In this document: piece by piece, positions 35,480 through 44,446 of the stretch
Position numbering within the stretch: the stretch's first letter is position 1
Layout of the letters: each line of letters opens with the position of its first letter
Assembly (NCBI GenBank): GCA_964643155.1
Contig: CAZXPM010000001.1
Coordinates: forward strand, 1-48,602
Source: an uncultured Planctomycetales bacterium
GTDB lineage: Bacteria; 4484-113
Direction: 5' to 3'
DNA length: 48,602 nt
Program-made: the position numbers and the translations under genes
The notes under the pieces: model-generated
Databases searched by the model: none
Told to the model about the DNA's origin: nothing
The model's input: only the letters and a program-made list of their open reading frames with translations

Positions 35480-36199
35480 TCAGAGGCGCAGGCCTCCGCC
35501 GTTTATGTGAAGGGTCGCTCCGTTAATGTAGCTTGCTGCATCGGACAGCAGGAAACAGATAGCGGGAGCAACTTCAGCCGGTTCGCCCAGCCGCTTGCAG
35601 GGTATCTGCTCCAGCACCGATTCCAGGAACTTGTCGCTCAGATTGGCGGTCATGTCCGTGCGGATGATGCCGGGGATGACCGCGTTGGTTCGCACCCCGC
35701 GCGAAGCGTACTCCAGAGCCACTGACTTGGAGAAGGCCACGATGCCCGCCTTGGCTGCCGCATAGGCGCTCTGGCCAAAGCTGCCGATGCTGCCAGCGAT
35801 GCTGCTCACCATCACGATAGAGCCGCCCCCGTGCTTGACCATCGCCTTTACCACTTCGTGGGTGACATAGAACACGGAATTGAGGTTGTCGCGCACGCAG
35901 CCTTCCCACTGACCGGTAGTGGTGGAATGCGTAAGCGAGTCGTAGCGCACGCCTGCGTTGTTCACCAATAAGTGGATAGTCTCCTCACGCTCCAAGACGG
36001 ACGCGATGGCTGCCGCCACCTCCGCATGGTCGGAGGCGTTGAAGGGCACCAGCTCGGCGGTTCCGCCGCCTGCGTGCACCGCTTCCGCCACTTCCTCCGC
36101 GCGCTCGCGGTTCTTCAGGTAGTTGACATATACCCTGGCACCGCCGGAGCCGAGCAGTTTCGCGGTCTCAGCGCCGATGCCACGGCTAGCTCCGGTCAC
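35480..36199 (-). CDS. fabG: 3-oxoacyl-ACP reductase (SDR)
   Basis: TGASRGIG, NNAG, YAAAKAG and a C-terminal GATLHINGG. The homologous N-terminal strand (FDFSGRVALV) is encoded upstream of the track start, in frame, up to a TGA at 36254-36256. That stretch contains no ATG/GTG/TTG, so the true start is uncertain. Confidence 0.85.
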   Translation of the reverse strand: MTGASRGIGAETAKLLGSGGARVYVNYLKNRERAEEVAEAVHAGGGTAELVPFNASDHAEVAAAIASVLEREETIHLLVNNAGVRYDSLTHSTTTGQWEGCVRDNLNSVFYVTHEVVKAMVKHGGGSIVMVSSIAGSIGSFGQSAYAAAKAGIVAFSKSVALEYASRGVRTNAVIPGIIRTDMTANLSDKFLESVLEQIPCKRLGEPAEVAPAICFLLSDAASYINGATLHINGGGLRL

Positions 36200-36354
36200 C
36201 AGGGCAACGCGTCCGGAGAAATCGAACTTAGCACCTGTCGGCTGCGTGACGGCTCACCTCCTCCCAGAATCAGTGTTAGCAGGAATATAGCACATTCGTT
36301 TAACTTCCCGCCGCCGGTAGCGAACATTTAGCAACAAAGCGCTTTGGAGCGGTT

Positions 36355-37215
36355 ATGCTGATTCATCGCACGGCCATCGTGCATCCGGAAGCGAAACTGG
36401 AGCCGGGCGGCGAGATCGGAGCTTATTCCGTCATCGGCCGCAATGTCACTATCGGGGCGGACACCGTGATAGGCAGCCACGTCGTCATTGGCGAGAACAC
36501 TACCATCGGCGCGGGCTGCAAAATCAGCTCCCACGCCGTTGTCGGCACTGACCCCCAGGACCTCAAGTACAACGGCGAGCCATCCTCAGTGGAAATCGGC
36601 GCGGGGGTGCAGATTCGCGAGTTCGTCACCATCAATCGCGGCAGCAAGAAGGGCTCCGCCACCCGTGTGGGAGACAAGTCGTTGCTGATGACCGGCGTGC
36701 ACGTGGCGCATGACTGCACCATCGGCGAAAACGTGATTATGGCCAACCTCGCCACCCTGGGCGGGCACTGCTCCGTGGGCGACAACGCAGTACTCGGTGG
36801 GATGGCTGTGGTGCACCAGTTTGTGCGCATCGGCAAGATCGCCATGGTGGGCGGCACCAGCGGCCTGATGCAGGACGCGCCGCCTTTTATGATGGTCTTC
36901 GGCCCCGCGCCGGCGCGTGTGGTGAACATCAACCACATCGGCCTCAAGCGAAATGGGGTGAAGCCGGAGGTGCGGCTGCACCTTCGCCAGGCCTTCCACA
37001 TTCTCTACCGGCAGGGGCTGAGCCTTAGAGACGCGGTGGCGAAGATACGAGAGACACTTCCCGAGAGCGAAGAGCTGAGCCACCTGCTGGACTTCTACCG
37101 CAACAGCGAACGCGGCATCTGCCGCTCGACGCTGTCGGTAGCCGAAGGCCAGCAAACCGAAGCTGAGCCCCGCGACTTCCCCGACGAGCTGACGACCAGT
37201 ATCCCGGCGACGTAA
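36355..37215 (+). CDS. lpxA: Acyl-ACP--UDP-N-acetylglucosamine O-acyltransferase
   Basis: MLIHRTAIVHPEAKL, left-handed beta-helix hexapeptide repeats, QDLKY, IGDKSLLMTGVHVAHDCTIG and HQFVRIG. Confidence 0.9.
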   Translation: MLIHRTAIVHPEAKLEPGGEIGAYSVIGRNVTIGADTVIGSHVVIGENTTIGAGCKISSHAVVGTDPQDLKYNGEPSSVEIGAGVQIREFVTINRGSKKGSATRVGDKSLLMTGVHVAHDCTIGENVIMANLATLGGHCSVGDNAVLGGMAVVHQFVRIGKIAMVGGTSGLMQDAPPFMMVFGPAPARVVNINHIGLKRNGVKPEVRLHLRQAFHILYRQGLSLRDAVAKIRETLPESEELSHLLDFYRNSERGICRSTLSVAEGQQTEAEPRDFPDELTTSIPAT

Positions 37216-37301
37216 CGGTTGTTGGCACTTGTTGCTGATTGGGGGAGGAGGCCATGGGCGAGGACGCCCGGCCACCAAGACACTCCCGCCTTACTCCCAG
37301 G

Positions 37302-38237
37302 CTAGGGCTTCTTCGGCTGGAGGTCATCGAAGGAGAGACCGCCGATAATGAGGATGTAGCTTGGGACCATCGGCAGCACACAGGGCGAAAGAAACGACGC
37401 CAGTCCGCCAAGGAAGGCAATGCCGAGGTTAACTGAACGGCCAGCGAGCATCTCCTCGGCGTTGAGCGAGGATGTGCCCAGCAGCGATATCACCTTCGCC
37501 GTGCCCAGGAAGAAAACCGCGAGACAGAGCACGCCGGCGAAGATGAGGGCGGGCGCCAACAGCTTGCGGCGCAGGGTCTCGTCCTTCGCCATGATGCGCG
37601 CCAGTTGGAGGGCAACGGCAAAAACCAGCGCGATGACCCCGGCCCACAGCGCAATGCGGAAGAGCAAGGCGGGCTGGACAGTGTAGATACCGGACATAAA
37701 GCCGAAGAAAAGCACCAAACCTACAGCGATGAGCAGGGTGGCGCTGACGAAGTTGATCGTACCCACGTGGCGCGCCACGCGCTGAATGAAGCCCACGGCC
37801 GAGCCGATGAGTAGCGCCACCAGCAGGAAAGGTATCGCCAGGCCGAGCGAGTAGGCAATCATCATGGGCACCCCCTGGCCGGGCTGGCTGGCGGCTAGTG
37901 TGAGGATAACCACGAGTATGGGGCCGAGGCAGGGCGTCCATCCGGCGGCGAAGGTGATGCCGATGAGGAAACTGGAGAGGTAGCCGCCCTTGCTCTGAAC
38001 ATGCGCCTTTTTCTCAAGCAACAGGAAGCGCAGCGGCGAGAGGCCCCAGGTACTCAGCAGGATGTGCAGGCCCAGGATCATGACGATGACCCCGCCCACC
38101 CAGCCGAACATGCGCGGGTAGTTCTTGATCAGGTCGCCGATGAAGTTCGCCGGCAGGCCGAGGACGACGAAGATGATGGAGAAACCCAGCACGAATGCCA
38201 GCGAGTGGCTGAAGGCTTTGAGAACGGCCCGATTCAT
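37302..38237 (-). CDS. ccdA: CcdA/DsbD-family thiol:disulfide transporter core, apparently circularly permuted
   Basis: The second-Cys motif FAAGWTPCLGPIL lies mid-protein. The normally N-terminal first-Cys motif GGLASFLSPCVLPMVPSYI is at the extreme C-terminus after two extra TM helices. ATG 38237 is preceded by AGGAG. Confidence 0.7.
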   Translation of the reverse strand: MNRAVLKAFSHSLAFVLGFSIIFVVLGLPANFIGDLIKNYPRMFGWVGGVIVMILGLHILLSTWGLSPLRFLLLEKKAHVQSKGGYLSSFLIGITFAAGWTPCLGPILVVILTLAASQPGQGVPMMIAYSLGLAIPFLLVALLIGSAVGFIQRVARHVGTINFVSATLLIAVGLVLFFGFMSGIYTVQPALLFRIALWAGVIALVFAVALQLARIMAKDETLRRKLLAPALIFAGVLCLAVFFLGTAKVISLLGTSSLNAEEMLAGRSVNLGIAFLGGLASFLSPCVLPMVPSYILIIGGLSFDDLQPKKP

Positions 38238-38294
38238 ATCAGCTCCTGACGCGTGCCGCGGACGGCACAAAAGATGGCGGCCATTATATCAGCG

Positions 38295-40466
38295 TCAGGG
38301 GGCGTACTTATAGCCGCCGGAGAGATAGAGCTGCACCTGGTCAGCGAAGTGGGGGCTGGCGGGGCGCCCGCTCTCGCCGCCAGGCAGGACGGAACGGTAC
38401 AGACCGTAAGCGCCGGGCTGCATAATGAGCCGCGCCGTCGGACCGAAGGACTTGACGAAGTAGCTGCCTTTCCACTGTAACGAGGAGACGTTGACCGTGC
38501 GGAAACCGCCGCCACAAGCCAGCATGCCGGGACTGGAGTCTGCGTAGAACGGGAGCGGATGCACCAGCGGCAGGCGGTGCATCTCGCCGTAGGGTTTGAG
38601 CACGCCACCTTCGCCGGTGGCGGCGGCGACTGTGGCAGCCCACATTGCGCGCAGTTCCGTGTCGTCGGGTGCCGGCCACTCCACGCCCTGCGCGGCCAGC
38701 AGGCAGGCCAAACCGGTGTTGGCCCGGACACTGCGGTTGTGCCAGACGTGAAGCAGCAGCTCCCGGCGTAGCAGTTCATAGAGCAGCGCGCCAGGACTGT
38801 CGGCCGATTCGTCATAGTCCCAGTCGTTCAGGACCGCCAGCGCGGCGGATTCGGCGGAGTTTTGCGCCAAGCTGTCCAAACGCGCGAGCAATGGCGGCAA
38901 GAAGTCCTCGGCATAGAGCGAGTGAACATCGGACTGGATGGAAGCAAGAAGCTCTGGCGTTACTGTTTCCCCGGCACCAATGGCAGCCTGCAGGAGCGAA
39001 GTGATGCGCCTTGCGCGGTAACCGGCCGCGTAGTTTCCGGGGAAACAGGGCCGGCCGCCGGCGTCCAGCTCCGGCGGGTTGTTGCAGGAGACAAAGAAGC
39101 CCGATAGTGGGTTGACCGCTCGGGGAAGATCGGCAGGAGGGATGAAGCTCCAGCGGTAAGCGGCGGCCTGTTCGGCTGTGGTGACAACCCGTGGACGCTC
39201 GCTGTTGTAGCTCCGAAACGGGACAGAGCCGCAGGCAAGATAGGCGATGTTGCCACCCACATCGCCGTAGACCAAGTTCACCGGCGTGACGATGCGCCCG
39301 GCAGCTTCCTCGAAGTCCGCCAGCGACATAGCACGGTTGAGGTCGTAGAAGGCGGCCGCCTCAGCATTCTCGTAGAAGCCGCTCCAGCAGAGGATGTAGA
39401 AGTTGTCAGCGTCCTCCTCAATGACGGGGCCGAAGGCGGTGTCAATCACGGTGACAGTCTCGTCGCTCACCAGCAGGCCATCGCGCACACGGATGATCTC
39501 CTCGCGCGGCTGCGGCCCAGCGCCAAGCGTGGCGGCCTGCGTCTTCGCAACAGTCATCACATCTTCATTGTCGGCCTGCAGCGCTGTCAGGCCCCACGCG
39601 CAGAACGAGTTGCGGCCAATGAGCACAAGGCCCAGGCCCGGGATGGAGACGCCGCGGACGTCCATTTCGCCTGGGACGGTGAGCCAGACCTCGTACCAGA
39701 GGCTGGGAAGCGTGATATCCAGGTGCGGGTCGCTGGCGACCAGCGGGAGGCCGTCGTTAGTGCAGCTGCCAGAAACGGCGAAGGCGTTGCTGCCAAGACT
39801 GGGTTCCAGCGCGGAAACAGAGGAGGCGATGGCGGCGGGGTCGCCGAGGACAGGATAAGCGGGGACGGCAGCGGCGGCGGATTCCACTAGCGCAAGCGAA
39901 GAAGCAGTGGAAGCACTGCGGCCAGCACGCAGCAGCGTCAGTTCATCATGATGGTCGCCAGAGAGGAGCTGGGTGACCATCAGTGCAATGGCGAGGGTGT
40001 CTTCAGGCTGCCACGGCGCGAACTCCGGCAGGAACATGTATTCGGGCGTTGGGCCCCTTTCAGCCGCGTAAGCGTTGATGCCGCGGGAGTATTCCAGCAG
40101 TGCTTTGAGTACTTCCGGGCGTTCGGATTTGAGCAGCGCCAGGTTTCGTTGAGCATACCGGCGCAGATTGAGCTGACGCATCTGGATGTCTGCTGAGAGG
40201 AAGTCCCTGCCCACTATCTCAGCCAGTTGGCCATGGGCCTTGCGGCGGGTGACGTCCAGTTGGAGCAGGCGGTCTTCGGCGGTGGCGTAACCCAGTGCGT
40301 AGAACAGCTCGGGTACCGTGGCGGCGGTGATATGGGGCACCCCCCACTCGTCACGCCGAACCTGCCCGGGGGCTGCAAGCGAGGTGTAAGCTATCGCCGC
40401 CCAGCAGGCAGCCAGGATGGCGGCAAACAGAAGCGGCTTCAACCGGCGGCGCAAAATGCGTGACAC
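38295..40466 (-). CDS. Penicillin/AHL acylase family protein (peptidase S45, Ntn hydrolase), secreted
   Basis: Signal peptide; RDEWGVPHITA; a candidate autoprocessing site LGSNAFAVSG; LVASDPHL. Size is ~720 aa. Confidence 0.8.
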   Translation of the reverse strand: MSRILRRRLKPLLFAAILAACWAAIAYTSLAAPGQVRRDEWGVPHITAATVPELFYALGYATAEDRLLQLDVTRRKAHGQLAEIVGRDFLSADIQMRQLNLRRYAQRNLALLKSERPEVLKALLEYSRGINAYAAERGPTPEYMFLPEFAPWQPEDTLAIALMVTQLLSGDHHDELTLLRAGRSASTASSLALVESAAAAVPAYPVLGDPAAIASSVSALEPSLGSNAFAVSGSCTNDGLPLVASDPHLDITLPSLWYEVWLTVPGEMDVRGVSIPGLGLVLIGRNSFCAWGLTALQADNEDVMTVAKTQAATLGAGPQPREEIIRVRDGLLVSDETVTVIDTAFGPVIEEDADNFYILCWSGFYENAEAAAFYDLNRAMSLADFEEAAGRIVTPVNLVYGDVGGNIAYLACGSVPFRSYNSERPRVVTTAEQAAAYRWSFIPPADLPRAVNPLSGFFVSCNNPPELDAGGRPCFPGNYAAGYRARRITSLLQAAIGAGETVTPELLASIQSDVHSLYAEDFLPPLLARLDSLAQNSAESAALAVLNDWDYDESADSPGALLYELLRRELLLHVWHNRSVRANTGLACLLAAQGVEWPAPDDTELRAMWAATVAAATGEGGVLKPYGEMHRLPLVHPLPFYADSSPGMLACGGGFRTVNVSSLQWKGSYFVKSFGPTARLIMQPGAYGLYRSVLPGGESGRPASPHFADQVQLYLSGGYKYAP

Positions 40467-40471
40467 CGGAG

Positions 40472-41260
40472 CTATCCGCCGCGGAAGATCACAGCCAGAC
40501 GCTGGATGATCTCGGCGTTGATCCAGTCAAACATCAGGAACTGCATGCGCCCGATGAGCAGCGAGACACGAGCCATAATGGTGTAGCCGAAGGTCGCGCC
40601 GAAGGCTACCATCAGGGTATACACACCTATCCGGGCTACGCCGCCCACGAAACCCCGGTGTTCTACTGAGAAGAAGAAGTACACGAGCACCGACAGTGCG
40701 CCCACAAACAGCACTAGCGCATTGAGCAGCTTCACGAAATCGGGGCCCGAGGTGACCATGTACGGGATGACGTCTATCGTGGCATAGAACTGGGGCAGCA
40801 GCAGACCGCTGAACACCTTGGAAAGAGAGATGCCGGTGAAACCGCCAATATAGAAGGCGAAGGTCGTGCGCGAAAGCCAGCCGAGACCCGGCACCAGGCG
40901 CAGCAAGATGAAGAAGCCCAAGACGCCTGGGATAAGAACCCAGAGGTTGAGAGTGGACCCTTCGGGCGTCCCGAACTTCGGATCCAGCCAGGGCAGAAGC
41001 TGGTAGATGAACACCGGCTTCATGTTGTTGAAGAAGTACAGAGACATCAGGTAGCCCGCGGAGATTCCCAGGTAGAGGTGCTCACCGAGCCGGAAGAGCG
41101 CGTTGTCCTTATAGATGAAGGAGAACATTACGAGCGTCAGTCCGGCGGCAATCCAGGTTCCGACGGAGACCATGGTGTCCCCGGTAAAGAAGTCAGCCAT
41201 GGACTGCTGCCAAGGCAGCAAGTGGCTTTCGGCCTGTAGCAGGATTGCTAGGTTCAGCAT
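40472..41260 (-). CDS. Polytopic membrane protein, unknown function (operon member D)
   Basis: About 6-7 hydrophobic helices. I chose ATG 41260 (MLNLAILL), which lies 1 nt after the upstream TAA and has GGGAG 10 nt upstream. The track start is 41284. Confidence 0.6.
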   Translation of the reverse strand: MLNLAILLQAESHLLPWQQSMADFFTGDTMVSVGTWIAAGLTLVMFSFIYKDNALFRLGEHLYLGISAGYLMSLYFFNNMKPVFIYQLLPWLDPKFGTPEGSTLNLWVLIPGVLGFFILLRLVPGLGWLSRTTFAFYIGGFTGISLSKVFSGLLLPQFYATIDVIPYMVTSGPDFVKLLNALVLFVGALSVLVYFFFSVEHRGFVGGVARIGVYTLMVAFGATFGYTIMARVSLLIGRMQFLMFDWINAEIIQRLAVIFRGG

Positions 41261-41261
41261 A

Positions 41262-42125
41262 TTACTTCTCCCTCCGGGCCGCATTGCGCTTCTGTATCGC
41301 CAGCGCGAAGGCGAATATGTTTGCCAGCACTATTGCCACGAACAGCAGTGCGTGCACCATGGACTGTGAGTCCATCGCGGCCACCGCCATGTCCGGGTGC
41401 TCCATCAGCATCTCGTACTCAGCGGCTCCCTTAAGCCCGCCGATGATGCCGTTGAGCTGCTTGGCCTGCAGGTAGGGGTAGTATTGAGGGGCGACAACGG
41501 CGGTAACGCCACCGCCCACTTCTACATCGTGGACCTCCGTGCCGTAGACAATCCACCAGTCGCCCGAGTTGCCCGCCTCAAACATGATCATGTAGTCAGC
41601 CTGTCCCAGGCGGTTGAAGTTTTTAATGACGGGCATTGTAGAAGTAGCATTGCCATAATAGTCCTTGGGGAACGTCTCAACAAAACTGTTGCCCACACCG
41701 ATGATGACAATGGTGCCGCCTACCTGGTAGCCCAGGAAAACAAAGTCGTCGCCACTCCTCCAGTTGGGATACTCCTCCTTAACTTCTTCGATGCACTGGG
41801 CCACCAGATTGGGGCCATTGGGCCAGAGCACGGTGATGGCAAGCTTGTGCTTCTTCCGTGCGATGTGGCGCATCACCGCTTTCATCATCGGGTAGAGTTC
41901 GGGCTGGGAAGCGGGGTCGAAATCCGCACTCATCATGATGTTGGAGCCTTCCGGCAGGTTCTCAATCTTGTCGAATACGCTCTGCACTTCAGGCGTAATC
42001 CGGATAGGAAGCCCGATGGGCCAGATGAGAGGAATGGCCACCGCCAGCGCCACCAGGGTATAGATGATCCGCCGGTCAAGCAGGAGGAAAAGCTCCAGGA
42101 AGTTGCGTTTGGCCTCATTCTCCAT
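41262..42125 (-). CDS. Bitopic membrane protein with N- and C-terminal TM helices flanking a ~220-aa soluble domain, unknown function (operon member C)
   Basis: TM helices are IIYTLVALAVAIPLIWPIGL and VHALLFVAIVLANIFAFALAI. TAATG overlap with the upstream gene. Confidence 0.6.
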   Translation of the reverse strand: MENEAKRNFLELFLLLDRRIIYTLVALAVAIPLIWPIGLPIRITPEVQSVFDKIENLPEGSNIMMSADFDPASQPELYPMMKAVMRHIARKKHKLAITVLWPNGPNLVAQCIEEVKEEYPNWRSGDDFVFLGYQVGGTIVIIGVGNSFVETFPKDYYGNATSTMPVIKNFNRLGQADYMIMFEAGNSGDWWIVYGTEVHDVEVGGGVTAVVAPQYYPYLQAKQLNGIIGGLKGAAEYEMLMEHPDMAVAAMDSQSMVHALLFVAIVLANIFAFALAIQKRNAARREK

Positions 42126-42757
42126 TAGTCGCCACCTCCCATGTAGGTGCGCTCAATGCCGAAGATTATGCGCACCGAAATGGCGATCTGGGCCAGCGCC
42201 ACACCCAGGACCACACCGCGCAGACCCGCCATATTGGGGTTGTTCATGATCCACCCTGCGAAGTCGCTGAGATACGGACTGATGAACTCCCCTATAGGAA
42301 CGCGTCCGATCATCACCAGCAAGCCTGCAATCAGCAGCGCAAGTGCTTCCCAGGTTCTAGCCCGGAAGGCGCGGAACGCGGCTGATGCTATGAAGAAAGC
42401 CAAGGTGGCGAACATCGTCGCCTGCATCGGCACGAACAGCCACCAGTACTCCCAGCCAACTGGCGTACCAGGCCGGACGCTGAAGATGAGTCCGAGGAGT
42501 AGCATCTGGATGAACGCGATAATCGTAACCATGGAATAGCCGTAGCCCGGCACCTTGCGGCGCACTCTGTTTACGTGATGGTGCAGCAGCGAGAGAATGG
42601 CGAACACGGCGGAGAAACCGACGATTACGATTGCCCAGTTGGTGAAGCCTTCGTACAGATCTGTGGCGATTTTCGCGGGCACGAACTCCCGGATGAACAT
42701 CGTCATTCCCATCGCAAAAGCCAGTAGTATCGGAAACTGTTTCCGGAAAAACTGCAT
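42125..42757 (-). CDS. Polytopic membrane protein (~5-6 TM), unknown function (operon member B)
   Basis: 210-aa hydrophobic ORF that starts 3 nt after the upstream stop. Confidence 0.6.
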   Translation of the reverse strand: MQFFRKQFPILLAFAMGMTMFIREFVPAKIATDLYEGFTNWAIVIVGFSAVFAILSLLHHHVNRVRRKVPGYGYSMVTIIAFIQMLLLGLIFSVRPGTPVGWEYWWLFVPMQATMFATLAFFIASAAFRAFRARTWEALALLIAGLLVMIGRVPIGEFISPYLSDFAGWIMNNPNMAGLRGVVLGVALAQIAISVRIIFGIERTYMGGGD

Positions 42758-42760
42758 AGC

Positions 42761-44269
42761 TTACCCCAGAGCTTTGAAGAGATCCTTGACGAAAGACATG
42801 CCGAAGGTCACAAGCAGCGTGCCTATCAGAATCACAACCATCATAAAGAGCTTAGCCATATCCTGGCCCTTGAGACTGCCGAGCACCAGCGGCTCGCGCG
42901 AAAGGTATGCGCTCGCGGCGTAGAGCTCCTCGCCAATCAGGGTGTAGTCGCAGGTGGTGACAAAGAAGGGGAGCTGTGTAACCGCATCCGTTCCGGCAAT
43001 CTGAATGGCACCGGTGCTGGCCCCGGTTTCGGCCAGAATCAGGCTTTCGGCATAGTAGTAGCCCATGAAGAAGTTGGCCGCAGGCTTGTCCCGCATCATG
43101 ATACCGCAAACTGCGGCCGCATAGGAGAACTGATCCTCAGTGAGGAAGAAGATGTTGTCCTCGTTGTAGGCGTCGGGCCTTCCTGCGTCAGCGAAGCCCG
43201 CTTTCACAATCTCCTGCGCCACTGTCAGCACGATGGGGTCGCGGCAGGGCACTACGAGCGTTGACTCGTAATTCGCCACTCTCCGTGCAACGCGCCCAAG
43301 AATGTTGAGCGCAGCCAGCGTGGACAGGTCCGCCAAGCTCGACATTCCGTTCAAGTAGAGAATCGGCTTCCCCATCTCAGTCGCGCGGCCGATAGCCTCA
43401 TCCACTGCATCCAGTCCGTTGATCTTGCGGATAAACAGATTGGGGTCGCGGCGGGCGCGCGAAATGAAGTAAAGCACGGTTGCGCCGAACAGCACTGCGA
43501 GAATCAGCATATTCGTCTTGCTCACGTCAAACCAGTTCTCACGGGCGGTTGCGCTCAGCACTTCCGGATACTCGGCCGTTGCATCGCCGAGCCTGGCTTC
43601 GAGCTTGACGTACAATTCACCAATCGTGCGGGGCTGGACTTCCACCAGCTTTGAGCTCACCTTCTCCTCTCCAGTATCCGGGTCGATGATGCCGGGTTCA
43701 ATCGGTCGGCCGTCTTTGTTCTTCGGTCCAACGTTCGGCCTGACCGTGAAGCCTTCCGGCTCGGGCAGCCGGATGGCGTTGCCCTTCGCGTCAAACTCCC
43801 CAGTGGCCACATCTTGTACTAGTAACACATGATGTAGCTTGGCCTCCCGGCTCTTCTTGAACCAGTAGAAGATCGGGAAGTAATGGCCGTGATCCTCCAT
43901 GTAGGACTCGTTGCCCGCAATGCTCCCGGCTTCAAGCCAAGGCCCATTAGGGGTCTCCGCGAGGTATGCGGTGTATGTGAGTTCGGGGGACTCCTCGGGG
44001 AAAGCCTCCCAGGTCAGGTAGAGCCCGGTGCCATCGTCATTGGGGAGATCCCGTAGCGTCACGCCAGAGGGCAAGGGCACAGTGGTTACTGGAACCTCTG
44101 GCTCTTCCTCCTCCAGGCCGATGACTATATCCGCATCTTGCAGGGCCGCAATCTCGGAGGGATCCCCCGCAGCGGGCGGAAGCTCTTCCGGCTCCTGGGC
44201 GAATCCGGCCAGGGACAAGGCAAATAGCAGTACAAAGAAGATAGCTGCCTGAGAAAGGTTGTTCTTCAT
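42761..44269 (-). CDS. Signal-peptide protein with acidic linker, extracytoplasmic domain, TM, ~210-aa second domain and C-terminal TM; unknown function (operon member A)
   Basis: Signal peptide MKNNLSQAAIFFVLLFALSLAGFAQ. TM helices are MLILAVLFGATVLYFI and LFMMVVILIGTLLVTFGMSF. No Walker or catalytic motif recognised. Confidence 0.65.
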   Translation of the reverse strand: MKNNLSQAAIFFVLLFALSLAGFAQEPEELPPAAGDPSEIAALQDADIVIGLEEEEPEVPVTTVPLPSGVTLRDLPNDDGTGLYLTWEAFPEESPELTYTAYLAETPNGPWLEAGSIAGNESYMEDHGHYFPIFYWFKKSREAKLHHVLLVQDVATGEFDAKGNAIRLPEPEGFTVRPNVGPKNKDGRPIEPGIIDPDTGEEKVSSKLVEVQPRTIGELYVKLEARLGDATAEYPEVLSATARENWFDVSKTNMLILAVLFGATVLYFISRARRDPNLFIRKINGLDAVDEAIGRATEMGKPILYLNGMSSLADLSTLAALNILGRVARRVANYESTLVVPCRDPIVLTVAQEIVKAGFADAGRPDAYNEDNIFFLTEDQFSYAAAVCGIMMRDKPAANFFMGYYYAESLILAETGASTGAIQIAGTDAVTQLPFFVTTCDYTLIGEELYAASAYLSREPLVLGSLKGQDMAKLFMMVVILIGTLLVTFGMSFVKDLFKALG

Positions 44270-44446
44270 AGGCGGGTTACCTTCGAAAGGTGAGGTATTA
44301 TATCAGTAAAGACTCCCGGTTTGCCAACCTCCCCTCGCAGAATCGAATAAGTCGTTCTGCAGACGGCTCGGTACACTCCTGGCGTTGCGCGCGGTGTTCA
44401 ATCTGCTATCCTATGAGACAATCCGGCAACGTAAAGGAGCTGAATC

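Noticed and set aside
44270-44446. THF or other riboswitch in the 177-nt spacer upstream of ftcD.
   Set aside because: I recognised no conserved riboswitch core. The region looks like an ordinary divergent promoter spacer with an AAGGAG RBS. A covariance-model scan would be needed to say more.
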